Assembly: GCA_964550035.1 (NCBI GenBank)
Contig: CAZJVU010000002.1
Coordinates: forward strand, 19,653 to 83,652
DNA from: an uncultured Candidatus Saccharibacteria bacterium
GTDB lineage: Bacteria; Patescibacteriota; Saccharimonadia; Saccharimonadales; EFPC-124
DNA: 64,000 nt
Direction of reading: 5' to 3'
Shown here in pieces: positions 1 through 8,950 of this stretch. The translations under genes were made by a program, and so were the position numbers. Position 1 is the first letter of the stretch. Each line of letters begins with the position of its first letter. A model generated the notes under the pieces. That model ran no database searches and was not told the DNA's origin. It saw nothing but the letters and a program-made list of their open reading frames with translations.

Positions 1-163
1 CGGCTACATGGAATGTTTCGTTGGCAAATGTCGTTTCGCGCGCGTCGCTAGTAAGCACGAAGACGTCATGACCGCGCTCGCGCAGTGCAGTAACTTCGCG
101 CATCAGGAGAATCTCTGCGCCGCCTTCCGGCATGCCGATGTCGTGGACCATCAAGATTTTCAT
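1..163 (-). CDS. glycosyltransferase family 4, N-terminal fragment (gene continues beyond window start)
   Basis: Reverse translation from ATG at 163 gives MKILMVHDIGMPEGGAEILLMREVTALRERGHDVFVLTSD, typical of the GT4 N-terminal Rossmann domain. Its ATG overlaps the stop of the upstream gene as ATGA (160-163). Confidence 0.6.
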   Translation of the reverse strand, partial: MKILMVHDIGMPEGGAEILLMREVTALRERGHDVFVLTSDARETTFANETFHVA

Positions 164-2541
164 TGCCAGATCTCCGTTTGACCATTGCTGTAGATTCGAT
201 GTTTATTGGCCTGCAGAAACTCCATCGGGAAGCGATAGGGAAGCTCATGACCATTGTAGAACACGAATGCTGCATTCTTCTGTAGGTTCGTACGATCGAC
301 AAAGACATAGCCTGTTTTGGTAATATTCTGTGGCAATACGTTGCCTACGATCCAGATAGGGCGCGTACCGAACGTGGCGATCTTGCGGCCAGCGAACCAA
401 TCAGCGTAGACCGGTATGGCGGGGTCGCCATGGGTCGAAAGCCAGTTGATAGCATCAACCTCGCTCTGATGTACATAGTAGATGTCATAATAGCGGCCTT
501 TATTATTCAGCGCCAATGCGGCTTCGCCGTAGCCAAGCATTTGGGGGACAAGGGGTGTCATAAGCGCACTGTAGAGGATGAATATACCGGCGGTGACCCC
601 ATACCACAATCGTTTTGTAAACAGTCGCGCCAGCACCATTGCGCCCACAACCGCCGGAATACAGAGGAACACCAAGAACTGCTGGTACGCTCGCATGACG
701 TCATAATCGATCGACATGAACGGCAGCGCCATGACCGCCACGAGCATCACAATATTTGCAGCGATCATAGCCTTCAGGCTGGTGCTGGCGCGCATCGTTG
801 ACGCAGCGAAGACAAGCCAGCACGCACCCACGATAATCAGAACCTTCATAATATTCTTGACCACGGTATCGGCAGTCGAAACGATGTCCACGACGCGCTC
901 CGGTGCTTGGCTATGTAGCTCTTCGTCGAGCGGCAAGTACGGTTGATATCCCGCATAGGCCTGCGGTGATATATGGGCTGCAGCGTCAGTATCGCCTGTA
1001 TCGTGAGTAGCCGTCACAAAGTGGTCGGTAAGTGTTTTGTCGTCCAGCTCTTTCTTACCAAGAACGGTAAATTCCGACGACGTACTGTTGTGGTGCTGTG
1101 TGTCCAGCACACTCAGCGTCGAGCCGAGGAACTTCTGGATGTTATTAGCCGTACCTGTTACGCCCACGTTCCACACCAAGATGACAACCACCAGCCCCAA
1201 TACCATCGGCCAGCTCGGCAGATAGAGCGGATGAGTGCGCTGACGCTCATATGCCAGTGGCGTCTCAAGCCTAGGAAAGCGCCGAAGAAGCGGCATCGCC
1301 AGACGGCTGGAACGGCGATAAAACTTCCGTGCCGGCGCAGAGCACATGACCCGCGCTACAAACAGCACCGCCACCGCGACATATACCGTCGAGTAGTGCG
1401 ACAGTACGAGCGCAACGCCGAACATACCGAACAGCGCCAATCGCTGCCGGCGCACCAGTGTGCGGTTGGTCATGATCAGGGCCAATAGTCCGTAGAAGAA
1501 AAAGGCAATTTCCTGCCGCGTCATAAAAGCAAGGTCGCGCAGGAACGGCACTTGCCCGATAAAGAAAATTGCCGCCAAGAAAGCCAGCCGAGGCGTTAAG
1601 TAGCGCCGCGCCAACATATAGACTGTCACCGGCATCGCCGCAAATATCACCTGAAACAATCCACGCAAAATATACTGGTCAGGTACATGCAGAAGCAGCC
1701 CACTCAGCATAGTCGGCAGCATCGTAATACTCAGGCACGCATTATACGCATCCTGCAGATACGACATGCTCCAGTTGAGATGCTCCTTTGTGATCTCGAA
1801 TACATGGTATTCCATAAGCACATCGTGGCCGGACAGAATCCAGCCGCGGAGTGACGTCATCAGAAGGATGCTTAGCCCAATGAAGAACAAAGTGTACGGA
1901 TACAGCGACGGTGGTACGCCCCGACGAAGCGCGAGGAGTACAATAATATTCACCAGGCACAAAACAAGTGCCGTGAGCGACAAAACATTCGACCCACCAT
2001 TGTTGAGTATGAATGTTCCCGCGATACCGCAGGCAAGTATGCCAAGCGGCAGAACATACAGAAACGCCTTCAGCCCAGACATACGACTATACTGCCTGCT
2101 GAGCTCAAAACTCAGCCCAACAGACACGCGCCGCCTATGCACGATCCCCAGCAGCAAAAGGTTGCTCGCGACCACGGCGAACTGCACAAACAACGGACGA
2201 AGGGGTTCAGATACGCCAAAGAGCGATAGAAAAATCGTCAGCCCCAGCCCAACCCCATACAGCGTCGCGATGCTCGCGCCAAGACTGTATACGAGCTCTT
2301 CCGCAAAACTCACCGTGCGAACACCAAGCACCCGAAGAAGCAAAAAACCCGGAATGACAAGCGAGCTCACGACGCCCAATAACACAGCGCCAACCGACCC
2401 CACATAGTCCGTCAAGAACGAGGCAAACACATACAAGGCCAAGACTACCGTGATAGCCTCAATCACTTGTCGATGTGCAAGCTCGCGTCTAGGCACGCCG
2501 GCTCCTCGTTCCCGCAATAACGCCAACGAGCATGCCCGCAT
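160..2541 (-). CDS. large polytopic membrane protein, 793 aa; candidate GT-C-type membrane glycosyltransferase or polymerase
   Basis: Long ORF with more than 12 predicted hydrophobic helices and a central soluble loop. It sits inside a glycosyltransferase operon. The family assignment is inferred, not motif-proven. Confidence 0.5.
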   Translation of the reverse strand: MRACSLALLRERGAGVPRRELAHRQVIEAITVVLALYVFASFLTDYVGSVGAVLLGVVSSLVIPGFLLLRVLGVRTVSFAEELVYSLGASIATLYGVGLGLTIFLSLFGVSEPLRPLFVQFAVVASNLLLLGIVHRRRVSVGLSFELSRQYSRMSGLKAFLYVLPLGILACGIAGTFILNNGGSNVLSLTALVLCLVNIIVLLALRRGVPPSLYPYTLFFIGLSILLMTSLRGWILSGHDVLMEYHVFEITKEHLNWSMSYLQDAYNACLSITMLPTMLSGLLLHVPDQYILRGLFQVIFAAMPVTVYMLARRYLTPRLAFLAAIFFIGQVPFLRDLAFMTRQEIAFFFYGLLALIMTNRTLVRRQRLALFGMFGVALVLSHYSTVYVAVAVLFVARVMCSAPARKFYRRSSRLAMPLLRRFPRLETPLAYERQRTHPLYLPSWPMVLGLVVVILVWNVGVTGTANNIQKFLGSTLSVLDTQHHNSTSSEFTVLGKKELDDKTLTDHFVTATHDTGDTDAAAHISPQAYAGYQPYLPLDEELHSQAPERVVDIVSTADTVVKNIMKVLIIVGACWLVFAASTMRASTSLKAMIAANIVMLVAVMALPFMSIDYDVMRAYQQFLVFLCIPAVVGAMVLARLFTKRLWYGVTAGIFILYSALMTPLVPQMLGYGEAALALNNKGRYYDIYYVHQSEVDAINWLSTHGDPAIPVYADWFAGRKIATFGTRPIWIVGNVLPQNITKTGYVFVDRTNLQKNAAFVFYNGHELPYRFPMEFLQANKHRIYSNGQTEIWQ

Positions 2542-3427
2542 CGCGCGCCGCCATAACGATCGGCGTCGCGAGGATCAGCCACCACCGCTTGCCCGATCGA
2601 AGCGCCGCTGGTGTCCGACGCGACCACAGTCCCGCCAGCAGCACCAATCCAGCTACCGCGAACCAGCCATTGAGCAGTCCCGCGAGTAACCATGTGATTG
2701 AAGTGACGTAGATAGCACCGAGCGCCGCGTACTGCATGAGGAACATGCCAGCCTCGCCACTGCCGATGCTATTGCGTTTGTGCACCTTGTAGACACGCTT
2801 GAGCGTTTCGGCGCCGTGGTACCAGGACACGACTGCGGTTGGCACAAATGTCGGTTTGTAGTACTTGTGCAGCTCAAGGAAGAAAAGCGTATCTTCGCCA
2901 GCAAGCGTCAGGTTTTCCGGATAGCCATGGACTTTTTCCCAGGCGAGTTTTGCGAAGGCAACGGTACGACTCGAAAGTTCAGTTTCGTTCATCTCGGCCG
3001 AGCGAGTTGTTGCATCATACAGCGCAGCGTAGCTCTGCCCAACCCAGGTTTGGCCCACGGGCTTGGTCACGCCATACGCAACCATTGCCGCTCCAGATAG
3101 GAGCGGCTTCGTGATATCAGCGAGCCAATCCTTGACGAGCACACAGCCGCCATCGGTCACGGCGATGATAGTTCCTTTGGCCTGAGCAATCGCCACATTA
3201 CGTCCGCGCGAGATGTTAGCGCCTTTCTCGACTACGATCGTGGTTGGGATGCCGCTTGTTTTGCCCCAAGCTCTCAGGAATTTCACCGTCGCGTCCCTTG
3301 AGCCAGCGTCACAGACGACAACTTCGTCAGGCTTGATTGTTTGTGAAGCAATCGAATCGAGCAGTGCCGGCAAGGTCACGGCTTCGTTAAACGTCGTGAA
3401 GATCAGCGATACAGACTGACGTTTCAT
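2489..3427 (-). CDS. glycosyltransferase family 2 with C-terminal membrane anchor
   Basis: MKRQSVSLIFTTFNEAVTLPALLDSIASQ...VVCDAGSRDATV is a GT2 signature with a DxD-type motif, followed by C-terminal hydrophobic helices. Start chosen at the ATG (3427) that overlaps the upstream stop. The longer ORF-track N-terminus was rejected. Confidence 0.8.
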   Translation of the reverse strand: MKRQSVSLIFTTFNEAVTLPALLDSIASQTIKPDEVVVCDAGSRDATVKFLRAWGKTSGIPTTIVVEKGANISRGRNVAIAQAKGTIIAVTDGGCVLVKDWLADITKPLLSGAAMVAYGVTKPVGQTWVGQSYAALYDATTRSAEMNETELSSRTVAFAKLAWEKVHGYPENLTLAGEDTLFFLELHKYYKPTFVPTAVVSWYHGAETLKRVYKVHKRNSIGSGEAGMFLMQYAALGAIYVTSITWLLAGLLNGWFAVAGLVLLAGLWSRRTPAALRSGKRWWLILATPIVMAARDAGMLVGVIAGTRSRRA

Positions 3428-5238
3428 GATTCCGCCTCCACGTCTCGATTCGAGACGCGCCGCACAACGTCCATGTACTGCTCGACGAGCGTTGGCCACG
3501 CGTATAGACGCTGCACTTTCTGGTACGCGCGGTTACTCAGCTTGGCGGCTTTGGCCGGGTCATCAAGCACGCTTCGAATCGCCTCACTCATTGCACGCAC
3601 GTCTGATGGCGGGACGATCAGCCCGGTCTTTTTATCCTCGATGACCAACGGAATACCCCCAACGTTCGTGCCAATAACCGGCACACCACAGGCCATTGCC
3701 TCGATCATAACCATGCCGAAGCTCTCGGTCTTGCCCGTGCTTGGTAGCACAAACACGCTGGCGTTTTGATACTGGCGGACGAGCGCTTTGCCATGGAGCA
3801 CGCCATGGTACACAATATTTGGCGCCGATGATTGCGAGGCAACTTCACCCACAACATGCAGCGTCACGTCAGGCATGCCAGCGACCGCTTGCTCTAGATC
3901 AGCCAAGCCTTTGTTGCCACTCACCGCGTTGCCGACAAAGAGTACGCGTTTACCGGTCGGCATGTGTGTCGGTCTGATAAAGAGCGTCGTATCGACGCCG
4001 GGTGTGATGGTGACTGACTTGTGCTGGTAGCGGGTCAAAAATGTGTGGCGTACAAAGTCAGACCCAGCTACGACCATATCCGCCTTCCGAAAGGCGATAG
4101 GCAAAACACATGTTTCGTACAACCAAATGAGTACATCCTGAGCAAAGCGGCCTTTTCGCATCGAACCCGCATGGTAGGTTGCGACAATCGGTAGGTCGCC
4201 GGCCGCCGCGATCGTCATGTCTGCGAGGTACGGTACGGGGGCGTGCGTCGTAATGATACTCGGTTGCTCCTTGCGGATGATGCGCCGAATGTTCCAATAC
4301 CAGCCGAGGCCAATTGGCGTTTGTGACAACGTAAACGTCGGCTTCAATCGGTAGACTCGTGCGCCATTCTCTTCGCGGATAGATGCACGGTCGCCGCTGA
4401 GTGCTGACGTTACTATCACGACATCGTACCCATGGTGCATTGCACCTTTGGCCATCTCTGCAGCGTAGCGTTCGACACCGCCTGTTTTGGGTGGAAAGTA
4501 GGGGGTCGCGATGAGGAGCTTGGGCTTGACCGCTGCCGGCAGCTCACCATTTGTTATGTAGCGAACGTTCTTTTTGCCGGAGATATAGCGCAGTACAGCT
4601 TCGAGCTTTTCCCAGTCGCCATGGCCATCGACCTCCCACGAATGACCCCAGAGATGAAAGATTCCGCCTTCCTTCTGGACCTTGTCGAACATTGCCTTGG
4701 CAAGGTTTTCCCAGTGGAAGTAGTAGGGGACTTTGAACGGATTATAGCGAGCAAACTTTAAGATCTTCCAGAGGTCTTGGTAGTGATTATAGGTATTGAC
4801 GCTGGTGTGTGACTCCTGCAGTGGACCGCGCAGGCCAAAATAAAACCGCTTCACCGTCCGCGCGTACGCAAACCCAACTTCGGCCGCCATTTTGACATGG
4901 TGCTTGAGGTAGTTACCGCCGGGATAGCAGAAGCTCGTCACTGGTTTGCCGATAACGTTTTCGAGGAACTTCTTGGATTCACGCATTTCGCGCCGCGCCT
5001 GTGCATCGGTGACGGCCGTGAGGCGCGGATGTGTCATGGTATGCGCGCCAATTTCAAATCCATCTGCTGCAATCTCTTGGATCTGCGCAGTGGTCAGGCG
5101 ATCGGCCTTTTTGATTTCATGATCGCGCGGCGACACGTAGAATGTGCCGGGCATATTGTATTTCTTGAGGAGCGCGGCGAGTCGAACATCGAGCTTGTGG
5201 CCATCGTCCCAGCTGGTTGTGACAATTACTTGTTTCAT
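3424..5238 (-). CDS. bifunctional polysaccharide deacetylase (CE4/NodB-like) N-terminal domain fused to a GT4 glycosyltransferase
   Basis: N-terminus reads TTSWDDGHKLD...GAHTMTHPRL, a NodB homology motif. C-terminal half reads KLLIATPYFPPKTGGVERYA, a GT4 domain. Confidence 0.8.
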   Translation of the reverse strand: MKQVIVTTSWDDGHKLDVRLAALLKKYNMPGTFYVSPRDHEIKKADRLTTAQIQEIAADGFEIGAHTMTHPRLTAVTDAQARREMRESKKFLENVIGKPVTSFCYPGGNYLKHHVKMAAEVGFAYARTVKRFYFGLRGPLQESHTSVNTYNHYQDLWKILKFARYNPFKVPYYFHWENLAKAMFDKVQKEGGIFHLWGHSWEVDGHGDWEKLEAVLRYISGKKNVRYITNGELPAAVKPKLLIATPYFPPKTGGVERYAAEMAKGAMHHGYDVVIVTSALSGDRASIREENGARVYRLKPTFTLSQTPIGLGWYWNIRRIIRKEQPSIITTHAPVPYLADMTIAAAGDLPIVATYHAGSMRKGRFAQDVLIWLYETCVLPIAFRKADMVVAGSDFVRHTFLTRYQHKSVTITPGVDTTLFIRPTHMPTGKRVLFVGNAVSGNKGLADLEQAVAGMPDVTLHVVGEVASQSSAPNIVYHGVLHGKALVRQYQNASVFVLPSTGKTESFGMVMIEAMACGVPVIGTNVGGIPLVIEDKKTGLIVPPSDVRAMSEAIRSVLDDPAKAAKLSNRAYQKVQRLYAWPTLVEQYMDVVRRVSNRDVEAES

Positions 5239-5246
5239 AATCTTCC

Positions 5247-6374
5247 TTACTTCCGCACCATTTCGTATGCTTGCTGCAGCTCCGTGACCACGTGACCCCA
5301 GGTAAAATGCTCGGCCGCGTAGGCCACAGAATACGCCGACATACGCTCACGCAGCGCGTGGTCGCTCAGCAATTCGCCTATGGCTTGCTTCACCGAGGCA
5401 GCAGTTGGCTGGCGGAGCATGCGCACGAGTGACTTATCGAGCTTGTAGCTTGCGTATCCTGGATCGTCCGTAGTGATAATCGGCAGCCCTGAGGCCATCG
5501 CTTCCTGTACAGACAGCGGAAAACCTTCACCCGTCGATGGCAGTACGAACAGATCGGCTGTGCGATACACTTCGGCCAGCTCATGCTGCGGCAATTTGCC
5601 CAGCGACGTGACGTGTTCTGGCAGGGGTTCACTTGTGTCGCCGCCGGCCAGAACAATGCGATACTCGGGGCTTGCCGCGGCAAGGACTTTATCGAAACCT
5701 TTCTTTGCCACGAAGCGCCCCACGAACAAGATGATCGGGCCGTCGGTGGGCAAGCCGAATTTCTGGCGAGCCTGAACTTTCTGCCTCGCGGTTGCAGGGA
5801 AGAACAGATCAGGATCGATGCCATTTGGCATACGCTGAATCTTGTGGTCGGCGACCTGGCGGCTAAGCAAAAACGCGTCGACGTCGTCATTCAGCGTAAA
5901 AATCTTGGAGCTCTTGCCGAACAAGAACCGACCAGTTGTGGCGTATACCATTTTCTGTGCTGCGTTCACCATACCAATCTTGTGCTGCACCTGCATAATG
6001 TGTTGCGTCAGTACTAGCGGCTTGCGAAAAACCCACGCGCTAAGCCCCGCAGCCAGTGACGACAGATAGAACACGTCATGCGCGTGCACGACATCGGCAT
6101 GGCGAACTGCGCGCGCAGCCTCCCATAAAAGTCGCGGCGAAAAGAGTGGCTGCGGCACACCGAATTTCTCGAGGGGATTAAGCGCCCCAACCCGAACAAC
6201 TCGCACGCCATCTTCGACGCCAGAAACCTCATGGCGGCTAACCTTGCTTGTGATAACCGTGACGTCGTGGCCGAGCGCGCTGAGCCGTTTAGCATGGTTT
6301 TGCGCCACCAACTCAATACCACCCGTATGTGGTGGGTAGTAATGAGTAGCGATAACGATCCGGCGACTAGACAC
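5247..6374 (-). CDS. glycosyltransferase family 4
   Basis: RIVIATHYYPPHTGGIELVAQNHAKRL plus a C-terminal GT1/GT4 EX7E-like region. Confidence 0.85.
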   Translation of the reverse strand: MSSRRIVIATHYYPPHTGGIELVAQNHAKRLSALGHDVTVITSKVSRHEVSGVEDGVRVVRVGALNPLEKFGVPQPLFSPRLLWEAARAVRHADVVHAHDVFYLSSLAAGLSAWVFRKPLVLTQHIMQVQHKIGMVNAAQKMVYATTGRFLFGKSSKIFTLNDDVDAFLLSRQVADHKIQRMPNGIDPDLFFPATARQKVQARQKFGLPTDGPIILFVGRFVAKKGFDKVLAAASPEYRIVLAGGDTSEPLPEHVTSLGKLPQHELAEVYRTADLFVLPSTGEGFPLSVQEAMASGLPIITTDDPGYASYKLDKSLVRMLRQPTAASVKQAIGELLSDHALRERMSAYSVAYAAEHFTWGHVVTELQQAYEMVRK

Positions 6375-6385
6375 TGCGAGGCCTG

Positions 6386-7108
6386 TTACTTTACAGCCTG
6401 AGGAGTTACCGGCGTACGAACACCTTTGCGGAGTGAGATACGCTTCTTAAACAGCTGCGTGCCATTACGGAAACCGTCTTTGAATGTGCCGAGCTTCGTC
6501 TCGCCCATACGTGGGCGATAGGCGATCGGCACTTCGTCGCAGCGAAAGCCCTTGGCGTACGCTTCGATTTTCAACTCCTGAGAGAAGGGCATGCCGCCCG
6601 CCACAACATCCAGGAGTGGCCAAATAGAACGCTTGAAAATCCACATACCCGATTGCGAATCATTGAATGATACGCCGAACAATACCTTCGTTGTCGCGCT
6701 GAGTACCTTGTTGCCAAACACATGCAGGCGAGTCATCGCAGCGGGGTCAAGCGTCGCCATGCGATCAGTTGTAATAAAATCGAGATCATTCTCGGTCAAG
6801 TGATTGACGAGCGAAATAATTTCATTAAATGGATAGGTCATGTCGGCATCACCAGTCACAACGACATCACCTGTCGCGTTGGCAAATCCAGCCTTATATG
6901 CGTTTCCGTACCCTCGCACAGGTTGCACGATTACCCGCGCGCCCGCTTTCCGCGCGATATCCGCGGTTCCGTCGTTGGAGCCATTATCGACGACTAATAC
7001 CTCCAGCTCGTAGCCAAGGTCTTTAACTTTTGTGCTCGTAACTTCTTTGATGACATCACTGATGCCTGCAGCTTCATTTAAAGCTGGTATGACGACTGAA
7101 ATTTTCAT
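6386..7108 (-). CDS. GT2 polyprenyl-phosphate sugar synthase (dolichol-phosphate mannosyltransferase / Ppm1-like)
   Basis: MKISVVIPALNEA...VVDNGSNDGTADIARKAGARVI...TGDADMTYP. Short soluble GT2 of the DPM1 type. Confidence 0.75.
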   Translation of the reverse strand: MKISVVIPALNEAAGISDVIKEVTSTKVKDLGYELEVLVVDNGSNDGTADIARKAGARVIVQPVRGYGNAYKAGFANATGDVVVTGDADMTYPFNEIISLVNHLTENDLDFITTDRMATLDPAAMTRLHVFGNKVLSATTKVLFGVSFNDSQSGMWIFKRSIWPLLDVVAGGMPFSQELKIEAYAKGFRCDEVPIAYRPRMGETKLGTFKDGFRNGTQLFKKRISLRKGVRTPVTPQAVK

Positions 7109-7584
7109 ACAGTCCTTTCTAGCCAGTAGTTTATTGTTTCGTCTCTGCCCACAAGCGTAATCTGCACCAAGCCCTGGCTATTTCCGGCTGGCACGATGAC
7201 GTGAGGCGTCATGGTTTGCGATTGCTGATCCGCCAAAGTAACAGACCCCTCGCCGAGGATGACGGTCCCTCGCGAATCGGTAAAGCTTATGCGATAGGTG
7301 TACGTGGCGGCGCGACCTTCGAGGTCGTGAATCACAAAACTGAGGGGCAAGGCGTCACCAGTTCGCCCGTGTTGACGCTGAACCGCACCGGTAAAGTATA
7401 GCTCCGTGAGACCGCGTGAGCGCCCCGAGTCAGCCATACCCAAACCATTTGCGACGCTCGTCGGCAAAAGCGACATGGCCACAATCAAAAAGATAGTGCC
7501 GGAAGCTAACACGCTGGCCCAACGAGTTGTACCCGTAGGCATTGTAAGCACAGCGCCAATTCGCCTTGTACGAGGCTTTGTCAT
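7105..7584 (-). CDS. hypothetical membrane-anchored protein (N-terminal TM helix), last gene of the glycosylation operon
   Basis: ORF with an N-terminal hydrophobic segment. ATG at 7584 (alternative GTG at 7605). Overlaps the upstream gene stop. Confidence 0.5.
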   Translation of the reverse strand: MTKPRTRRIGAVLTMPTGTTRWASVLASGTIFLIVAMSLLPTSVANGLGMADSGRSRGLTELYFTGAVQRQHGRTGDALPLSFVIHDLEGRAATYTYRISFTDSRGTVILGEGSVTLADQQSQTMTPHVIVPAGNSQGLVQITLVGRDETINYWLERTV

Positions 7585-7605
7585 GGTAGCTCCATCTTTA
7601 CCCAC

Positions 7606-7897
7606 CAGCCGCGCGACATGCGCAACAGATCGTTTGCTTTTACTTCAGAAACTAACATTATTTAGATACGCTTGGCAAGCATTTCTGACAATTTTGTGTA
7701 AAAAACGCTAGACAAAAAATATCATTTGTTATACCGAGTATAGCGATACTACTTTATTCATACAAGCAGAAGAGTAGCTAGCGCGCCCGCGCACGCCGCG
7801 CCTGGGCCGGCTGTCAACAGGACCGTACCTTTATAGGGCACAGCCGCGTACGCGTCAATAATTTTGGCCGTACCGACCACAGCGTTATACTCAAAAT
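7606..7897. promoter_or_regulatory. AT-rich divergent intergenic region (promoters for the minus-strand glycosylation operon and the plus-strand gene at 7898)
   Basis: 290 bp non-coding AT-rich spacer between divergently oriented genes. Contains a TTGACA hexamer. Confidence 0.3.
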
Positions 7898-8425
7898 ATG
7901 AAATTACGACGCGACTGGACCGACCGCACAGGACGATTAAGCACGATCGACCTCGAGCTTCTGGCTGATACGCTCAAGGAGCGAATCTATGCTTCGCTCG
8001 CTATCCTGGCAGTGCTGCTCACGATTGATCCAGCGCATAGCACCGCGGCGCACGCCGCGACCATCATCGGCGGCACGGCACTCTCGCTGTGGCTTGCGAG
8101 TATCGTCAGCGCTCAGATGGCGCATCGTATGGTTTTTGGGCGACCAGACACCGCAAGAATCGAGAAGGAACGGCAGCGCCATGCGCCGCTGCTAGCGTCG
8201 GCTGCGCTACCGCTCATACTCGTTGGGCTGTCGAGTATTCACATACTATCGCTGGAGCGGGCGATCACGATCTCTATTTGGACTATTTTGCTTTCGCTCA
8301 TTCTGTGGTCTGTTTCGTCAGCGCGATCGATGCGCGCTTCGGGGCTGGCGACGCTTGTGCTGGCGGGGATTTCGCTGCTGATTGGACTTGGGGTGGTGGC
8401 GATTAAGGCTATATTGACTCATTAG
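7898..8425 (+). CDS. hypothetical integral membrane protein (about 4 TM helices)
   Basis: ORF with several hydrophobic segments. No recognisable motif. Confidence 0.5.
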   Translation: MKLRRDWTDRTGRLSTIDLELLADTLKERIYASLAILAVLLTIDPAHSTAAHAATIIGGTALSLWLASIVSAQMAHRMVFGRPDTARIEKERQRHAPLLASAALPLILVGLSSIHILSLERAITISIWTILLSLILWSVSSARSMRASGLATLVLAGISLLIGLGVVAIKAILTH

Positions 8426-8474
8426 AAGAAACATTATATAATCATCAGGTCTCGCGAACCTACCATTTGGAGGA

Positions 8475-8861
8475 ATGGTGACACGGATCGACCCGAAGCC
8501 AGGCATTGTGTATGTTGGCCTTGGTCCTCGTTTCGACGGTGAAAGCGCCGGCAACCAGCCGGTGCCCACCGACATGCAACCCGACGTCATCGGCGTCTAC
8601 GTTGGCGGCTGTATCGGAACCGGACTCGGCTTGCTCAAAGGCAATGCACATGCCCATGCGCACGCCTTTAGAAACGATCCGCATCGTGGCTGGGTATGCT
8701 TCCAACATCCCGACGACCTCAACAATGAGGCAACACGGATGCACGAGCTCGCGCACATTCGCACAGGTCACGGCCACACCGACAAGTGGCGCGCTGAAAT
8801 GGTGCGCCTTGGGCAGCCAATAACTCCTCGTTACCAGCGCCGACAGAAGAAGCGTTCGTGA
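8475..8861 (+). CDS. hypothetical small protein with an HExxH motif (putative zinc-metallopeptidase-like)
   Basis: GGAGGA Shine-Dalgarno then ATG. Sequence contains MHELAHIRTGHGH. The antisense ORF 8460-8894 was rejected. Confidence 0.45.
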   Translation: MVTRIDPKPGIVYVGLGPRFDGESAGNQPVPTDMQPDVIGVYVGGCIGTGLGLLKGNAHAHAHAFRNDPHRGWVCFQHPDDLNNEATRMHELAHIRTGHGHTDKWRAEMVRLGQPITPRYQRRQKKRS

Positions 8862-8950
8862 GCATCGAGCGGCCGAAAGGTCGCTCAGCTCCATGATCTT
8901 ATATATCCAAGCGCATGAGCGTGCTGCGCGATTAGCAATAGCGGTTTGAG

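Noticed and set aside
160-2541. Multiple 60-210 aa ORFs on both strands inside the 793 aa membrane protein gene (for example 430-801, 973-1488, 1766-2407)
   Set aside because: Nested, overlapping frames of a long high-GC gene. None has start signals.
8460-8894. Minus-strand 144 aa ORF antisense to the HExxH gene
   Set aside because: No SD and poor composition. The plus-strand frame has a strong GGAGGA-ATG start and a metal-binding motif.
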